From an uncultured virus (IMG/VR IMGVR_UViG_3300047320_000352) (Duplodnaviria; Heunggongvirae; Uroviricota; Caudoviricetes): a DNA stretch of 60,848 nucleotides. The notes beneath the pieces are model-generated. The model saw nothing but the letters and a program-made list of their open reading frames with translations. It searched no databases and was not told where the DNA came from. The translations under genes and the position numbers were made by a program. The stretch lies in IMG/VR virus record IMGVR_UViG_3300047320_000352. One strand, 5' to 3'. This document shows, piece by piece, positions 58,082-60,848 of this stretch (positions are counted from its first letter, which is position 1; each line of letters begins with the position of its first letter).

Positions 58082-58903
58082 ATGGAAAACGCAGAACGTG
58101 TTGAGAAAGTCACCACCCCCGACTGGTACGACCTGCTGGTGGATGCTGTGCACGAGCCGGGTCAACTGGCGGCGGCACATCAGTTTTTCCATCAATACAG
58201 TCTGGCCAATCGCTGGCTGGCGAGCACGCAGCTCCGCGCTGCCGGCTTGCCGCTGATTCCCATCAATACCTTCAAGGGCTGGCTCAACGCCAAGCGTCCG
58301 GTACAGAAGGGGCAGAAGGCGAGCATCGCTCTCATCATGCCGGTGCCCATTCGGGCCAAGAAGGACGAGGACGACGGTGATGAGAAGGGCAAGGGCGCGG
58401 TGAAGTTTACCAAGTTCATGCTCCGCAGCAACTGGTTCCACCTTAACCAGACCGCCGGCGAGGAGTACAAGCCGGAAGAAGTCACACGTGGCGACTGGAA
58501 TCTGGCGTCGGCTTACGATTTCCTGGAAATCAAGGAGTCGCCGTTCGAGTTCACGAGCGTTTCGGACATGCGTCTGGGCTGGGCGAAGGGGAAGGAAATC
58601 GCAGTATCCCCGCTCGAAGTCCATCAAACGTATGGCCGTCTGCGGGAAATGGCGCGCGTTCTTCTCGGTCATACCGCGGAGGAGCCTGCCAAGTCGGTTC
58701 CGCAGGAGCAGGCAATGCGAGACATCGAGGCTGACACCGCAGCATACCTGTGCGCGGCGACTCTCGGTATCTCGGGTCTGGAAGAAGCTCGCTCGCGCCT
58801 GCAGGTGAATCTCGCCGACGGCGCCAAGCTTCGTATTCCGGACAAGTGCGCACATCGTGCGTTCTCGGCCGCGGACAAGCTCATCAACGCCGGCTACTGC
58901 TGA
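58082..58903 (+). CDS. ArdC-like ssDNA-binding/antirestriction protein with degenerate zincin domain
   Basis: FHQYSLAN…TFKGW…V.KGQKA…FHLNQT.GE; REMAR where HExxH is expected. Confidence 0.8.
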   Translation: MENAERVEKVTTPDWYDLLVDAVHEPGQLAAAHQFFHQYSLANRWLASTQLRAAGLPLIPINTFKGWLNAKRPVQKGQKASIALIMPVPIRAKKDEDDGDEKGKGAVKFTKFMLRSNWFHLNQTAGEEYKPEEVTRGDWNLASAYDFLEIKESPFEFTSVSDMRLGWAKGKEIAVSPLEVHQTYGRLREMARVLLGHTAEEPAKSVPQEQAMRDIEADTAAYLCAATLGISGLEEARSRLQVNLADGAKLRIPDKCAHRAFSAADKLINAGYC

Positions 58904-58975
58904 TAGGTCCATCAAAGCAATCCACTCGACAACCCGATTCGTTCGGGTTGTTTTTTGAATACACGGAGATGACCT

Positions 58976-59416
58976 ATGAATGAAGGAATCAATTTCGGCT
59001 CAGGCGAGGGTGCATTCGACGCAGATGAGGCATCGTTCTGCCGCGCCGCGGCGCTTGAGCTGCGTGAGCTGCTAGCGCAGCCCAAGTCGTCACAGTTCAC
59101 CCGCGCACGCTATCCGAAGGAGCCGCTCTATGCGTTGCATCAAAACGCATTGATGGTTGACGGTATGTCCCCTTCCGGGCGGAAGGAACTTGCGATGGGC
59201 CGATTCGCGCATGCGAAGAAGGCCAGCGTTGGCGAACAAATCACCTGTCCTGGCTGCGGCACGCTGCAGACGAAGTCGAGCTATCAGCACGTCTTCTGCA
59301 AGGACAAGGTGAAGGGCCGCTCGACCTGCAAGGACTTCATCAACAACTGGCTCGACCCGGTCCGACTCGCGCGCACGCTCGAGAGGCTGGAGCGAGAAGA
59401 ACGCAAAGCAGCCTAA
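58976..59416 (+). CDS. Hypothetical protein with C-terminal Cys cluster
   Basis: CPGC…FC…C. Confidence 0.7.
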   Translation: MNEGINFGSGEGAFDADEASFCRAAALELRELLAQPKSSQFTRARYPKEPLYALHQNALMVDGMSPSGRKELAMGRFAHAKKASVGEQITCPGCGTLQTKSSYQHVFCKDKVKGRSTCKDFINNWLDPVRLARTLERLEREERKAA

Positions 59417-59427
59417 AGGAGATGACC

Positions 59428-59682
59428 ATGAAAGGTATCACGGGCTTTCGCCTGAGGCCGCTATCGCACGCGCTTGCACCGGTGGCGCCGCATGACTGGC
59501 GGACCTGTACCCAGGCCGAGTGTGAGGTTTGCGACGCGCTGGTGCGTGACGGCACGGTCATCAGTTGCGATGGCTGCGGGAATCCGGGCCACACCGAAGC
59601 ACCCGGCGGGTGGGTTCGCGCCGAAGACGGTCAGATTTTCTGTGAACCGTGTGCTGTAGAGCTGGCGGTTGTGGCTACCTGA
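59428..59682 (+). CDS. Small Zn-finger protein
   Basis: Three CxxC pairs. Confidence 0.65.
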   Translation: MKGITGFRLRPLSHALAPVAPHDWRTCTQAECEVCDALVRDGTVISCDGCGNPGHTEAPGGWVRAEDGQIFCEPCAVELAVVAT

Positions 59683-59769
59683 GAGGGAGCGTCGCAAGAC
59701 GCGTTTTGGATAGTCAGACAGCATCATTTAACCACTGCGGCACGCCGCATCGCTACGTAGGAAGCTCAC

Positions 59770-60039
59770 ATGACCACAACCGTTTACATCGTTCCCGCCA
59801 TGACGGACCAGGCTGGCCAGTGCCGTATCGTATCTCGCGAAGGCGAGTTCGATTCGGCTCGCGACGACTACCGTCTGAATCCCGACGCCTGGAAGGAAAT
59901 CGGCATCATGAATTCGCGCGGCAAGCTCGTCTGCCTCGAGGCGGGAAACCTCGACATCGTTGACGAGCTCAAGGCCAGCGAACCCCTGATGGCCGGATTG
60001 GTGTTCGAGGTAGAAGACGTTCAAGCGCTCGTCGCTTGA
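59770..60039 (+). CDS. Hypothetical protein
   Basis: AGGA RBS; terminator downstream. Confidence 0.75.
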   Translation: MTTTVYIVPAMTDQAGQCRIVSREGEFDSARDDYRLNPDAWKEIGIMNSRGKLVCLEAGNLDIVDELKASEPLMAGLVFEVEDVQALVA

Positions 60040-60308
60040 TTTGCAGTCGAACTCCGGGCCGTCTTTGACGGCCTTTTTTTCGAGATTAGAAATTTCAACG
60101 GTACTCGGCGTCAGCACATCTTTTTGATGAAACACGCCTACAGAGCCTTGATGATTTTAAAACGTCGCAAATAGCACAGTCAAAAGCACGCCTGATTTCA
60201 TAGTCATTTCCTAAACGCTCACATTTGGGTATCCACAAATGCCGATTTTGCCGTCGCCAGCCGTTCTATACGAATTAGGTCAAATTGGTTTTGAGTGAGA
60301 AGGCAAAC

Positions 60309-60848
60309 ATGAAAGAGCGAAAAACTGCAAGTCGTGCTGAGTTTGAGCTTTTGGCCGACATGCTGACAGACCTGGCGAAAGCTGAGTATCTGTCTTGTGT
60401 TGAGCTGATGCCCAAGCTTGTGGTGATGGGGCTGGACCCGTTGGTTTCGGGGCAACCCGGATACCGTTTTGGACAGGTTCCCATTGCGGAGTTGATGACG
60501 AGCACCGCCGGTATTCCCGGGGAGGTTGTCATCGCGGCGCTCATCGAGCGGCTGGCCCAGGACCCGGAAATACTGGTCGTGGGACATGTCGCCGAAGCGT
60601 GGCGCGCGCAATACACGAAGGAAGCCCGAGAGAAGCTGGGCCCCGTCGTGAATCCGGAAGATGCGCCGAATCGGGAAGAGGTGCTGCTGTTGAATCTGCA
60701 TTCGACCAGCTGCACCGCGCTGATGACGTGCAAGCTGGTTCGGGAGGGCCTTACGACCTTGGTTCAGAAGGGCGATTTGCTTTTCCATCCACGGCCAACT
60801 GACGGTCATCTGGGCCGGTACACTAACACGACAGGAGAAAACACATGA
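60309..60848 (+). CDS. Hypothetical protein
   Basis: AAGG RBS before ATG 60309; stop at the window end. Confidence 0.65.
   Translation: MKERKTASRAEFELLADMLTDLAKAEYLSCVELMPKLVVMGLDPLVSGQPGYRFGQVPIAELMTSTAGIPGEVVIAALIERLAQDPEILVVGHVAEAWRAQYTKEAREKLGPVVNPEDAPNREEVLLLNLHSTSCTALMTCKLVREGLTTLVQKGDLLFHPRPTDGHLGRYTNTTGENT

Overview
GC-rich, gene-dense accessory region that looks like part of a Burkholderiaceae-type megaplasmid or phage-plasmid. This is inferred from gene families and codon style; no rep, par, tra or virion genes are in the window. It holds about 75 CDSs, many short and phage-like. Recognisable functions: H-NS and HU, NAD+-dependent DNA ligase, ERCC4 nuclease, an ArdC-like protein, a solo DndC/PAPS-reductase-family protein, a PspA + DUF2491 module, and a 4-gene putative exopolysaccharide module. 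There is also a Prs-like + Nampt-like pair (the layout of the anti-defence NAD reconstitution pathway NARP1), split by a free-standing GIY-YIG homing endonuclease and followed by nrtR. A J-domain pseudokinase / vWA / TerD-domain / divergent adenylosuccinate-synthetase cluster, a SLOG-macro-NADAR-DUF4326 fusion, a MazG-like protein and a dNMP kinase lie further on. Signals read directly from the DNA: (1) the same 21-bp palindrome at the prs-like, nadV-like, nrtR and pseudokinase-vWA promoters, suggesting one ADP-ribose-sensing regulon about 24 kb wide; (2) a promoter-leader RNA-hairpin unit ahead of the large TerD-domain gene; (3) an ORF-less ~125-nt sRNA with a consensus promoter, terminator and anti-SD motifs next to hup; (4) a synonymously AT-rich patch in nadV beside the homing endonuclease; (5) a CTATAC motif about 28-46 nt upstream of many genes. 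Family calls come from motifs recognised by eye; no database search was run.
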